Below, one piece after another: positions 38,860-48,096 of a DNA stretch of 64,000 bases. The position numbers were made by a program, and so were the translations under genes. The stretch covers positions 48,883-112,882 of the forward strand of contig CAWJCO010000006.1 in the NCBI GenBank assembly GCA_963841385.1, in the 5' to 3' direction. The DNA is from an uncultured Chloroflexia bacterium. GTDB taxonomy: Bacteria > Chloroflexota > Dormibacteria > Aeolococcales > Aeolococcaceae. Position 1 is the stretch's first letter. The number at the start of each line of letters is the position of its first letter. Below the pieces are notes generated by a model. It saw only the letters and a program-made list of their open reading frames with translations. It was not told where the DNA came from and did no database searches.

Positions 38860-40824
38860 ATGGGCTTCGACACGCTGCTGGTCGCCAATCGGGGTGCGGT
38901 CGCGCGTCGCGTGCTGCGCACCGCTCGGCGGCTCGGGTTCCGCACCGTCGCCGTCTACTCGGACGCCGACTGCGACGCGCCGCACGTGGCCGAGGCCGAC
39001 CGCGCCGTGAGGATCGGGCCCGCCGCCGCGGCAGACTCCTACCTCTCCATCAGCGCCATCCTGGAGGCGGCCCGGAGTGCGGGCGCCGGCGGCGTGCATC
39101 CCGGCTACGGCTTCCTCGCCGAGAGCGCCGCCTTCGCCCGGGCCTGCGAGACCGCCGGACTGGTTTTCGTCGGTCCCCAGCCCGAGGTCATCGAGCTGAT
39201 GAGCCGCAAGGACCGAGCGCGACGCCTGGCCACGGAGGCCGGAGCCCCTGTGGTGCCGGCTGTCGAGGGGGAGGACTTGGGTGCGCTGGCCGCGCGGGTG
39301 GGCCCGGAGATCGGCTACCCCGCCCTGGTGAAGGCAGTCGCGGGCGGGGGCGGGCGGGGGATGCGTCTGGTCACCCGACCCGCCGACCTGGTGCCGGCGC
39401 TGGAGGCCGCCGGGCGGGAGGCGCTGGCGGCCTTCGGCGACCCCGCCCTCTTCGTGGAGCGCTACCTCCCCGAGGGGCGGCACCTGGAGGTGCAGGTGGT
39501 GGGGGACGGCACGGGTCGGGTCCTGCACCTGGGGGACCGCGACTGCTCGGTGCAGCGGCGCCACCAGAAGGTGGTCGAGGAGGCGCCCGCAACGCCCTGT
39601 TCTCCGGCGGCCCGCGCCCGCGCCCTGCAGGCGGCCACCGCGATCGCCGCCCGCGTCCGCTACCGCAGCCTGGGAACGGTCGAGTTCCTGGCCGCCGGCG
39701 CCAGCGTCCACTTCCTGGAGATGAACACCCGCCTCCAGGTGGAGCACGGGGTGACCGAGGCGGTGACCGGAGTCGACCTGGTGGAGCTGCAGCTCCGCCT
39801 CGCCGCCGGCGAGCCGCTCGGCCTCGCCCAGGACGAGATCGCGATCCGCGGCCACGCCATCGAGGCTCGTGTCTGCGCGGAGGACGCCGAGCACGGCTTC
39901 CTCCCCCAGACGGGGCGGGCCACCCTGGTCCGCTGGCCCGCGGAGGGGCGGGTCGACGCCACCCTCGAGGCCGGCCTGGCGGTGACCACCGATTACGACT
40001 CCATGCTCGCCACCCTGATCGCCCACGGCGAAACCCGTCAGGTGGCCCGCAGCCGGCTGATCGACGCCCTGGACAGCACCGCCGTCTTCGGTCTCACCAC
40101 CAACACCGGCTTCCTGCGCCGGCTGCTGGCGTCGGAGCCTTTCGCCCGGGCTGAGATCACCCCGGCGTGGCTCGACGGCCACGCCGCCGAGCTGGGCGCC
40201 GCCGACCCCTGGCCGGCCCTGGCCGCCGCCGGCGCCATCCTCGCCGAGACGGCGCGCCGGCGAGATGCCGGCGACCCCTGGGGAGCGGACGGCTGGCGAT
40301 CCGCGGGGCCGCCGGCGCCGGCCGCCGTGGAGCTGACGCTGGACGGCGAGCTGCGGCGGATTCTGGTGCGGGGGGGAGCGGCGGGCGCGGACGGGGATCT
40401 CGAGGTGGAGGGGCCCGGTCGATCCGCCCGGGTCCGCGTGGTCCGGTTGGACGCCGACACCCTGGTCGCCGAGCTCGACGGCGAGCGCGAGCACTTCGTC
40501 TTCGTCGCCGCGGCGGGGGTGCTGTTGATCGCGCACCGTGGCGAGGTCTTCCGGCTGACCACGGGCTTCGGCCCGGCGCCGGCGACGGCCGGCCGGGGGG
40601 AGGTCGTGATGGCCCCCCTCCCCGGAGTCCTGGTCAGCGTCAGCGTGGCCGCCGGCGACCGGGTGGACGCGGGCGCCGTGCTCGGGATCCTGGAGTCGAT
40701 GAAGATGGAATACACGCTGACCGCCGACGTGGCGGCCCGGGTGGAGCGCGTCGGGTTCGCGGCCGGCGGCCAGGTGGCCCGCGGCGACATCCTCTTCGAG
40801 CTGGTGCCGGAGGGCTCGTCGTGA
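38860..40824 (+). CDS. mccA: Biotin carboxylase/BCCP subunit (MCC alpha)
   Basis: VANRG, HPGYGFLAE, KAVAGGGGRGM, DCSVQRRHQKV, EMNTRLQVEH, ESMKME biotinyl-Lys. Confidence 0.93.
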   Translation: MGFDTLLVANRGAVARRVLRTARRLGFRTVAVYSDADCDAPHVAEADRAVRIGPAAAADSYLSISAILEAARSAGAGGVHPGYGFLAESAAFARACETAGLVFVGPQPEVIELMSRKDRARRLATEAGAPVVPAVEGEDLGALAARVGPEIGYPALVKAVAGGGGRGMRLVTRPADLVPALEAAGREALAAFGDPALFVERYLPEGRHLEVQVVGDGTGRVLHLGDRDCSVQRRHQKVVEEAPATPCSPAARARALQAATAIAARVRYRSLGTVEFLAAGASVHFLEMNTRLQVEHGVTEAVTGVDLVELQLRLAAGEPLGLAQDEIAIRGHAIEARVCAEDAEHGFLPQTGRATLVRWPAEGRVDATLEAGLAVTTDYDSMLATLIAHGETRQVARSRLIDALDSTAVFGLTTNTGFLRRLLASEPFARAEITPAWLDGHAAELGAADPWPALAAAGAILAETARRRDAGDPWGADGWRSAGPPAPAAVELTLDGELRRILVRGGAAGADGDLEVEGPGRSARVRVVRLDADTLVAELDGEREHFVFVAAAGVLLIAHRGEVFRLTTGFGPAPATAGRGEVVMAPLPGVLVSVSVAAGDRVDAGAVLGILESMKMEYTLTADVAARVERVGFAAGGQVARGDILFELVPEGSS

Positions 40825-40877
40825 CGCTGCGGCCGCGCGTCCACCGCCGCGGCCTCGACACCGAGGACCGGCCATGA
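40821..40877 (+). other. Bridging mini-ORF (18 aa), mccA to HMG-CoA lyase
   Basis: GTG 40821 overlaps the upstream TGA; TGA 40875-40877 overlaps ATG 40874. Confidence 0.5.
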
Positions 40878-41827
40878 CCCGGTGGCCTCCGGCTCCGCTC
40901 TCCGGTCTCCCCGCCGAGGTCAACGTGTACGAGGTCGGGCCCCGCGACGGGTTGCAGAACGAGCCGCAGGCCGTCCCGCTCGCGGTCAAGCTCGAGCTGA
41001 TCGCCCGGCTGGTGGCCGCCGGCCTGCGGGCCGTGGAGGTGACCAGCCTGGTGCGCCCCGACGCCGTGCCCCAGCTCGCCGATGCCGATGAGCTCCTCGC
41101 CCGCCTGCCCGCGAGCCCGGGGGTGCGCCACCCGGCGCTGGTCCCCAACCTCCGAGGGCTGGAGCGTGCCCTGGCCGCCGGAGCCCGGGAGGTGGCCGTC
41201 TTCGCCAGCGCCACGGAGTCGTTCGCTCGGCACAATCTCAACCGCAGCCGGTCGGAGAGCCTCCGCTCGCTCGCCGAGGTGGCCGGACACGCCCGTCAGG
41301 CGGGGATCCCGGTGCGGGGATATGTCTCCATGTGCTTCGGCGACCCCTGGGAGGGGGCCGTGGACCCGGGAGAGGTGGTGGGGGTGGCCACCCAGCTGCT
41401 GGCCATGGGCTGCGCCGAGGTCTCACTCGGCGACACCATCGGCGTGGCCACCCCGGGAGCGGTGGCCGCGCTGCTCTCCCGTCTCGCCGGTGCCGGGGTC
41501 GGCATGGGCACTCTCGCCGTGCACTTCCACGACACCTACGGCCAGGCGCTGGCCAACACCGTGGAGGCGCTGCGCTGCGGGGTCACCACCGTCGATGCGG
41601 CCGCCGGAGGGCTGGGGGGCTGCCCCTTCGCCCGGAGCGCCACCGGCAACCTGGCCACCGAGGACCTGGTCTTCCTGCTCGACGGCCTCGGCGTGGCCAC
41701 CGGAGTCGACCTGGCGGCGCTGGCCCGCACCAGCCTGTGGCTCGCCGGCCGGCTCGGCCGTCCCAGCCCCAGCCGGGTGGTCAGAGCCCTGGCCGCGAGC
41801 CTGGAAGCATCGAGCCCGGACGCATGA
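40874..41827 (+). CDS. hmgL: Hydroxymethylglutaryl-CoA lyase
   Basis: EVGPRDGLQNE, LGDTIGV, HFHDTYGQALAN, GGCPFA..ATGNLATED. Confidence 0.93.
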   Translation: MTRWPPAPLSGLPAEVNVYEVGPRDGLQNEPQAVPLAVKLELIARLVAAGLRAVEVTSLVRPDAVPQLADADELLARLPASPGVRHPALVPNLRGLERALAAGAREVAVFASATESFARHNLNRSRSESLRSLAEVAGHARQAGIPVRGYVSMCFGDPWEGAVDPGEVVGVATQLLAMGCAEVSLGDTIGVATPGAVAALLSRLAGAGVGMGTLAVHFHDTYGQALANTVEALRCGVTTVDAAAGGLGGCPFARSATGNLATEDLVFLLDGLGVATGVDLAALARTSLWLAGRLGRPSPSRVVRALAASLEASSPDA

Positions 41828-41852
41828 GGAGCTCTGGAGGGTGACGAGATGA
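41824..41852 (+). other. Two chained mini-ORFs (MRSSGG; VTR), HMG-CoA lyase to ACAD
   Basis: ATG 41824..TGA 41844; GTG 41841..TGA 41852; ACAD ATG 41849. Every link is a 4-nt overlap. Confidence 0.45.
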
Positions 41853-43051
41853 GCACGGGTGCGGCGTCGAGCCTCCCGCTGACCGAGGACCACGAGCTGC
41901 TGCGCGCGACCGTCGAGCAATTCGCCCGCCGGGAGGTCGCGCCGGTGATCGGCGAGCTCTACGTTCGGGAGGAGTTCCCCTACGCGCTGGTGGCCAGGAT
42001 GGGGACCATGGGTCTCTTCGGCCTTCCCTTCCCCGAGGAGCACGGGGGCATGGGCGGCGACCATCTGGCCCTCTGCCTGGCCATCGAGGAGCTGGCCCGG
42101 GTGGACTCCTCCCTGGCGCTCACCCTGGAGGCCGCCGTGGGCCTGGGGGCGATGCCCATCCATCGCTTCGGCACCGAAGCCCAGAAGCGCCAATGGCTTC
42201 CCCCGCTCTGCCGCGGCGAGGCGCTGGGCGCCTTCGCTCTCACCGAGCCGGGAGGCGGCTCGGACGCCGGCGCCCTCCGCACCCGGGCGCGCCGCGACGG
42301 CGACAGCTGGGTGATCGACGGGACTAAGGTGTTCATCACCAACGCGGGGACCGACATCACCAGCCTGGTCACGGTCGCCGCGGTCACCGGGGAGCCCGAG
42401 GGGCGCCGCCGCGAGATCTCGGCGATCGTGGTGCCGGCCGGCACGCCTGGGATGTCCGTCTCCAAGAAGTACTCGAAGGTCGGCTGGCTGGCCTCCGACA
42501 CCCGGGAGGTCTCGTTCGCGGATTGCCGGGTCCCGCTCGACCACCTGCTCGGGGAGGAGGGGCGGGGATACGCGGAGTTCCTGGAGGTCCTGGACGGCGG
42601 GCGCGTGGCCATCGCCGCGCTCTCCACCGGTCTGGCCCAGGGCTGCGTCGACGAGTGCCTCGCCTACCTGGGCGAGCGCGAGGCCTTCGGCCGAAGGCTC
42701 GGCGGGCACCAGGCGCTCCAGTTCAAGCTGGCGGACATGGAGGCGAGGACCCACGCCTCCCGGCTGGCCTGGTACGACGCCGCCATCCGCATGGTCTCCG
42801 GGCTGCCGTTCAAGAAACAGGCCGCCATCGCCAAGCTGGTGGCCTCGGATGCGGCGGTGGTCAATGCCCGCGAGGCGGTGCAGATCTTCGGTGGCTATGG
42901 CTTCATGAACGACACGCCCGTGGGCCGCTTCTACCGCGACGCCAAGATCCTGGAGATCGGCGAGGGGACCTCGGAGATCCAGCGCATGATCATCGCCCGG
43001 GAGCTGGGGCTGCCCGCCCATGCCGATCCGGGGGCATCCCTCCGTGACTGA
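41849..43051 (+). CDS. Acyl-CoA dehydrogenase (likely branched-chain/isovaleryl-CoA)
   Basis: FALTEPGGGSDA, GTKVFITN, RVAIAA, QIFGGYGF, IGEGTSEIQR. Confidence 0.92.
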   Translation: MSTGAASSLPLTEDHELLRATVEQFARREVAPVIGELYVREEFPYALVARMGTMGLFGLPFPEEHGGMGGDHLALCLAIEELARVDSSLALTLEAAVGLGAMPIHRFGTEAQKRQWLPPLCRGEALGAFALTEPGGGSDAGALRTRARRDGDSWVIDGTKVFITNAGTDITSLVTVAAVTGEPEGRRREISAIVVPAGTPGMSVSKKYSKVGWLASDTREVSFADCRVPLDHLLGEEGRGYAEFLEVLDGGRVAIAALSTGLAQGCVDECLAYLGEREAFGRRLGGHQALQFKLADMEARTHASRLAWYDAAIRMVSGLPFKKQAAIAKLVASDAAVVNAREAVQIFGGYGFMNDTPVGRFYRDAKILEIGEGTSEIQRMIIARELGLPAHADPGASLRD

Positions 43052-45047
43052 CCTGCCGGCGCCCCTCTGGGAGCCCTCCCCTGAGCGGGCGGCGGCCTCG
43101 CGCCTCGGTCGCTGGTGCGCCGAGCAGGGCTTCACCACCTACCAGGACGCCTGGGAGTGGTCGGTCGCGCCCCTCACCGCCGGCGCCTTCTGGCGGGCGA
43201 TCGCCGACCGCTTCGAGGTCAGGTGGCGCCGGCCTCCGGACGGTGACCTGGAGCCGGATCCCACCCGGGTGACCGGCTGGCGGTGGTTCCGAGGCGGCCG
43301 GCTCAACTACGCCGAGGCGGCCCTGCGGCCGCCGTTGGGGGGTGGGGCCTCCCCCGCCATCGTGGCCCGCTCCCAGACCCGCCCACCCCAGGAGCTGAGC
43401 TGGGCCGAGCTCACCGACCTGGTGGCCCGGGTGCGCTCGGGGTTGCTCGCCGCCGGGGTGCGGCCCGGGGAGGTGGTGGCCGGCTACCTGCCCAACATCC
43501 CCGAGGCGGTGGCGGCGATGCTGGCCTGCGCCAGCCTGGGCGCGATCTGGGCCTGCTGCGCGCCGGAGATGGGCGTCACCGGAGCCCTGGACCGGCTCTC
43601 CCAGCTGCGCCCGGCGGTGCTGCTGAGCATCGACGGCTACCGTTACGGCGCCCGCAGCGTCGATCGGACAGCCGAGGCAGGGGGCATCCTCGCCGGCCTG
43701 CCCACGGTGAGGCGGGCGGTCTGGCTTTCCTACCTCGCGCCGGAGACCCCCGCCCCCGAGGGATGGACGGCGTGGGCCGGCTTCACGTCCGCCGGAGGAC
43801 CGCTCGAGTTCGCCTCGCTCGGATTCGACCATCCCCTCTACATCCTCTTCTCGTCGGGGACCACCGGCAGGCCCAAGGCCATCGTGCACAGCCACGGCGG
43901 CATCCTCCTGGAGCACCTCAAGACGCTCGGATTCCACTTCGACCTGGGGGCGGGCGACCGCTTCTTCTGGTTCTCCACCACCGGCTGGATGATGTGGAAC
44001 CTCTGCGTCTCCGGCCTTGCGGTGGGGGCAACCGTGGTGCTCTTCGACGGCGACCCGGTGCACCCCGGGATCGATGCCCTCTGGGATCTGGTGGCCTCCA
44101 CGGGCGCCACCTGCGCCGGGACCGGGAGCAGCTACCTCGCCGCCTGCGCCAAGGCCGGGATCCGGCCCGCGGCGCTGCACGCCCTGGGCGCGCTGCGGAC
44201 CCTGGGAGCCACCGGCTCTCCGCTGCCCGCCCTGGCCGCGCGCTGGGTGTACCGGGACGTGAAGGCCGACCTGCTGCTGGCATCGTTCAGTGGCGGCACG
44301 GACGTCTGCACCGGCTTCGTCGGAGGCAGCCCGCTGCACCCGGTCTGGGCCGGCGAGATCTCCTGCCGCTGCCTGGGCGCGCGGGTGGAGGTGGTCGACG
44401 AGGGCGGGCAGCGGGTGGTGGGTCGGGAGGGCGAGCTGGTGCTCACCGCTCCCCTGCCGTCCATGCCGGTCGGGTTCTGGGACGACGACGGCTCCCGTTA
44501 CCGCGCCGCCTACTTCGAGAGGTTTCCGGGCATCTGGGCCCACGGCGACCGGGCCACCCTCACCGAGCGGGGCACGGTGGTCATCACCGGCCGCTCCGAC
44601 GGCACCCTGAACCGGGGCGGGGTCCGCATGGGGACCGCCGAGTTCTACGCGGTGGTCGAGCGCATGCCCGAGGTGACCGACAGCCTGGTGGTGCATCTCG
44701 AGGACCCCGATGGCGGGCCCGGCGAGCTCTGGCTCTTCCTGGTGGAGGGCGGCTCCGCGGAGGGCGGCCCCGGGGAGGGCGGCCCCGGCGGTCATGAGGA
44801 CCTGACTCGGCGGGTCTGCGACGCCATCCGCCGTGAGCTCTCCCCGCGCTACGTCCCCGACCGGGTGGTCTCCGTGCCCGCCCTGCCGCGCACCCTCTCG
44901 GGCAAGAAGCTGGAGGTCCCGGTCAAGCGCCTGCTGATGGGAGGAGACGTCTCCCACGCGGTGGCGCTCAGCGCGGTGGCCAACCCGGAGAGCCTGGACC
45001 CGTTCGTGTCCCTGGGCCGCGAGCGCGCTCGCCGCGCTGAGGGCTGA
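43044..45047 (+). CDS. aacS: Acetoacetyl-CoA synthetase
   Basis: LNYAE, FSSGTTGRPKAIVH, TTGWMMWN, SGGTDVC, GRSDGTLNRGGVRMGTAE, GKKLEVPVK. Confidence 0.92.
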   Translation: MTDLPAPLWEPSPERAAASRLGRWCAEQGFTTYQDAWEWSVAPLTAGAFWRAIADRFEVRWRRPPDGDLEPDPTRVTGWRWFRGGRLNYAEAALRPPLGGGASPAIVARSQTRPPQELSWAELTDLVARVRSGLLAAGVRPGEVVAGYLPNIPEAVAAMLACASLGAIWACCAPEMGVTGALDRLSQLRPAVLLSIDGYRYGARSVDRTAEAGGILAGLPTVRRAVWLSYLAPETPAPEGWTAWAGFTSAGGPLEFASLGFDHPLYILFSSGTTGRPKAIVHSHGGILLEHLKTLGFHFDLGAGDRFFWFSTTGWMMWNLCVSGLAVGATVVLFDGDPVHPGIDALWDLVASTGATCAGTGSSYLAACAKAGIRPAALHALGALRTLGATGSPLPALAARWVYRDVKADLLLASFSGGTDVCTGFVGGSPLHPVWAGEISCRCLGARVEVVDEGGQRVVGREGELVLTAPLPSMPVGFWDDDGSRYRAAYFERFPGIWAHGDRATLTERGTVVITGRSDGTLNRGGVRMGTAEFYAVVERMPEVTDSLVVHLEDPDGGPGELWLFLVEGGSAEGGPGEGGPGGHEDLTRRVCDAIRRELSPRYVPDRVVSVPALPRTLSGKKLEVPVKRLLMGGDVSHAVALSAVANPESLDPFVSLGRERARRAEG

Positions 45048-45107
45048 GCGGAGACCACCGCCGCCGAGCCGGGGGCGGGCACCCGGTCGAGCCCCTCTTC
45101 GTCCCCG

Positions 45108-45476
45108 CTACCCCTCCTCCTCCCGGCTCTCCAGCCCACCGCGGTGCAGGTGTGGGATCCCCTCCTCGACGGCGAAGCGCGTCTCGCAGGTCGGGCACTC
45201 CACGTACGGAGCCAGCTCGTCGTCCAGGGGAGGGAGCATCTGAGTGCCGCACTGGGGGCAGACCAGCACCCGGGGCTCGACCTCCGCCTCTCGCCGGATC
45301 GCCTCCGCGGCCTCGGCGAGGCCGATGGCGACCGCCGCGCACTCGGCGCAGACGAAGGTGGCGAGGCTGTCGTCGTGCTCCAGGTAGCGGGCCCGCGAGT
45401 CCACGTAGAGAGGGGCGTTGAGGGCCTCGAACCGGCCGCCGGTGCAGCCGTGGGGGCAGCGGAGATCGCGGCTCAT
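45108..45476 (-). CDS. Multi-zinc-ribbon protein of unknown function
   Basis: Four Cys pairs: CPHGC, CAEC, CPQC, CPTC; Trm112-like tail RFAVEEGIPHL; coupled to TetR. Confidence 0.75.
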   Translation of the reverse strand: MSRDLRCPHGCTGGRFEALNAPLYVDSRARYLEHDDSLATFVCAECAAVAIGLAEAAEAIRREAEVEPRVLVCPQCGTQMLPPLDDELAPYVECPTCETRFAVEEGIPHLHRGGLESREEEG

Positions 45477-46183
45477 CAGCGTGGCCGGAGCAGATGGGCA
45501 AGCCGGGCGACCGGCGGCTCCTGACCGGCGGTGACGTGGGCGGCCACCACCAGGGAGAGGAGCATGACCTTGAGGGCCCGGAAGGCGGGGGCGGGGTCAC
45601 GTTCCTCGACCAGGGCCGCCAGCGCCATCCCGTCGACGGCGGAGGCGACGGCGCCGGCGAGGTCGCGGGGTGGCACCAGGGTGTACGCGGGCAGCCGTCC
45701 CAGGGCCCCACGCAGCTCGACCTCGATGGCCTGGACCATCGCCCCCCGGAGCTCCCGGCAGCGGGCCAGGATCACCGGGCTGGCCAGGCCGAGGAGGGAG
45801 AGGTCCAGGCCGGCCCGCCAGAGCTGCGGCTCCCGGCCGCAGCGGGCGGCGATCGCATCCAGCCCCGCGATCAGCCGCTCCAGCGGGTCGTCGCCCCCGG
45901 CGACGGCCGCCGTCCAGGTCGCCGTCATCTGCTCCTGCAGGTCGCCGACCACGGCCATCAGCAGCTCGTCCTTGGACTCGAAGTAGTAGTGGAGGAGACC
46001 GGGGGCAACACCCGCCTGGTGGGCGATCTCCTTCATCGAGGTGTCGGCGCACCCCGCCCGCCCCAGCACGGTGACCGCCGCGCGGATGATCTCGCCCCGC
46101 CGGCGCCGGCTGACCGCGGCGCGGCCGCCCGGGCCCTCGACCTCGGCGTCCGCGGTCGCGTGCGGGATCACAGCGTCAACCAT
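45476..46183 (-). CDS. TetR-family regulator
   Basis: RGEIIRAAVTVLGRAG..DTSMKEIAHQAGVAPGLLHYYFESKDELL. Confidence 0.88.
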   Translation of the reverse strand: MVDAVIPHATADAEVEGPGGRAAVSRRRRGEIIRAAVTVLGRAGCADTSMKEIAHQAGVAPGLLHYYFESKDELLMAVVGDLQEQMTATWTAAVAGGDDPLERLIAGLDAIAARCGREPQLWRAGLDLSLLGLASPVILARCRELRGAMVQAIEVELRGALGRLPAYTLVPPRDLAGAVASAVDGMALAALVEERDPAPAFRALKVMLLSLVVAAHVTAGQEPPVARLAHLLRPR

Positions 46184-46203
46184 GTTGATTGGTCATCCGA
46201 CCA
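46176..46203. promoter_or_regulatory. Palindromes at TetR start (putative autoregulatory operator)
   Basis: TGGTC-ATCC-GACCA (46190-46203) and TCAAC-CAT-GTTGA over the start codon; -10-like TAGCAT just upstream. Confidence 0.45.
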
Positions 46204-46235
46204 GCCATGCTAGCACCGGGGAGGGGTGAGCGGGT

Positions 46236-47093
46236 TCAGCCCTCGACCACGGAGGCCGGGTGCATGCCGATCCCGAAGCCGCCGGGGCCGGCATGGCAGC
46301 CGAGCACTCCGCCGATCTCGACCACCCGCGGCAACTCCCCGGTGATCTCGGCCACCCGCTCGGCCACGGTCCGAGCCTGCTCGGGCCTGGCGGCGTGGGC
46401 GCAGATCACCCTGGTCGGACCCCATTCCCGTTTCGCCGCCGCCACCTCCTCGACCAGGCGGGTGAGCGCCCGCGGGTAGGTGCGCACCCGGTCGACCGCT
46501 TCGATCTTCCCATCGGTCATGCCGAGGATGGGCTTGATGCTGAGGACGGTGCCCACGAAGGCACGGCCACCCCCGATGCGTCCACCGCGGTGCAGGTACT
46601 CGAGCGTCTCGAGGGCGAAGACCAGCCGCTGCCGTTCTCGGAGCCGGGCCAGAGCGGCCACCACCGCGTCGGCGTCACGGCCCTCATCCCTCATTGCCAC
46701 CGCCACCTCCACCGCGGCGGTGTGGGTCGGCCCCACGGTCCGGCTGTCGACCACGCGGATGTCCAGTTCGGGAAGGGCTGCCCGGGCTTGCAGCGCCGAC
46801 CCGTACGTCCCGCTCAGCTCCGCCGAGATGGTGGTGCAGACGATGGCTGCGCCGTCGCCCCCGACCCGGCGGAAGACCTTCTCGAACTCGGCCGGGGTCG
46901 GCTGGGAGGTTCGGGGCAGGTGGGGATCGGTCTCCATCCTTCGGTAGAACTCCGCCGTCGAGATGTCGACCCCGTCCAGGAACTCCTCCTCGCCGAAGAT
47001 GACCCGGAGGGGGACGACGGCTACGTCGTTGGCGGTCGCGTATGCGGTGTCGAGATCTGCGGTGCTGTCGCACACGACGTGGATTCGGCTCAC
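46236..47093 (-). CDS. DegV-family fatty-acid-binding protein
   Basis: DSTADL, VVPL, TSQP, SAELSGTYGSA, VDS, LEYLHRGGRIG, SIKPIL, LGCHAGPG. Confidence 0.92.
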   Translation of the reverse strand: MSRIHVVCDSTADLDTAYATANDVAVVPLRVIFGEEEFLDGVDISTAEFYRRMETDPHLPRTSQPTPAEFEKVFRRVGGDGAAIVCTTISAELSGTYGSALQARAALPELDIRVVDSRTVGPTHTAAVEVAVAMRDEGRDADAVVAALARLRERQRLVFALETLEYLHRGGRIGGGRAFVGTVLSIKPILGMTDGKIEAVDRVRTYPRALTRLVEEVAAAKREWGPTRVICAHAARPEQARTVAERVAEITGELPRVVEIGGVLGCHAGPGGFGIGMHPASVVEG

Positions 47094-47160
47094 TCAGGCA
47101 CAGATCCTAACCGCCCACGCCCTCGTCCCCTGGTGAAGCGCCACCGCCGCGCCATCCGGG

Positions 47161-48018
47161 TCACGTCTGCACCGCCGAGGCGGGGTGGTAGAAGAGGCCG
47201 AACGCTCCCGGCCCCACGTGGCAGCCGAGCACGGCTCCGACCTCGACGATCTGGGGCGGCTCGCCGGTGACGTCCGCCACCTTCTCGGCCAGAGCCTCGG
47301 CGCCCTCGCGGTTGTCGGCGTGGGCCAGGGTGGCAGCCGTCCGCCCCCAGAGGCGCACCGCGGATGCCAGCTCCTGGACCAGGCGGTCGAGAGCCCGGGT
47401 GTAGGTGCGGACCTGATCGAGGACCTGAACCTTGCCGTCGATGAAGCCGAGGATCGGCTTGATGCTGAGGACGGTGCCGATCAGGGCCCGGGCGGTGCCG
47501 ATCCGCCCGCCCCGGCGCAGGTACTCGAGGTTCTCCACGGTGAAGACGAGGCGCTGGGTCGCCCTCAGTCGCTCGATGGCGGCCACGATGGCATCCGCGT
47601 CGCCGCCGCGGTCGCGGATGGCCACGGCCATGGCCACTGAGGCGCCGAGGGCGGGACCGCACGACTTGGTCTCGACCACCCGGATGTCGAGGTCCGGCAG
47701 GGACTGGCGGGCGTGCGTGGCCGATCCGGCGGTGCCGCTGAGGTCGGACGAGATGGTGGTGCAGATCACGGTGCCGCCGTCACTCCCGAGCCGCTGGAAG
47801 ACCTCCGTGAAGTCGCCCGGCGGCGGTTGGGAGGTCCGCGGATGGGGCCCGCCGGCGCGCATCCGCCGGTAGAAGTCACCGGTCGACATCTCCACCTGAT
47901 CGCGGAACTGCTCGTCCCCGAAGATGATCCGGAGCGGCACCAGCTCCACGTCGTGGGCGGGGTAGTAGGTGGGGCCGAGGTCGGCGGTGCTGTCACACAC
48001 GAGATGCACCGGTCTCAT
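47161..48018 (-). CDS. DegV-family protein (tandem paralog)
   Basis: DSTADL, TSQP, SSDLSGT, LEYLRRGGRIG, SIKPIL, LGCHVGPG; ATG 48018. Confidence 0.92.
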   Translation of the reverse strand: MRPVHLVCDSTADLGPTYYPAHDVELVPLRIIFGDEQFRDQVEMSTGDFYRRMRAGGPHPRTSQPPPGDFTEVFQRLGSDGGTVICTTISSDLSGTAGSATHARQSLPDLDIRVVETKSCGPALGASVAMAVAIRDRGGDADAIVAAIERLRATQRLVFTVENLEYLRRGGRIGTARALIGTVLSIKPILGFIDGKVQVLDQVRTYTRALDRLVQELASAVRLWGRTAATLAHADNREGAEALAEKVADVTGEPPQIVEVGAVLGCHVGPGAFGLFYHPASAVQT

Positions 48019-48096
48019 TGCGGGACCGATCCTACCCGTCCGCCCCACCAATGCCGTGTGGCGCCCGCCCGTCGCCGCGCGCCACAATCGGCCTCC

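Noticed and set aside
45108-45476. LysW/AmCP amino-group carrier near the arg genes
   Set aside because: Lacks the EDWGE C-terminus (ends EEEG), and the arg pathway here is the acetylated ArgJ type.
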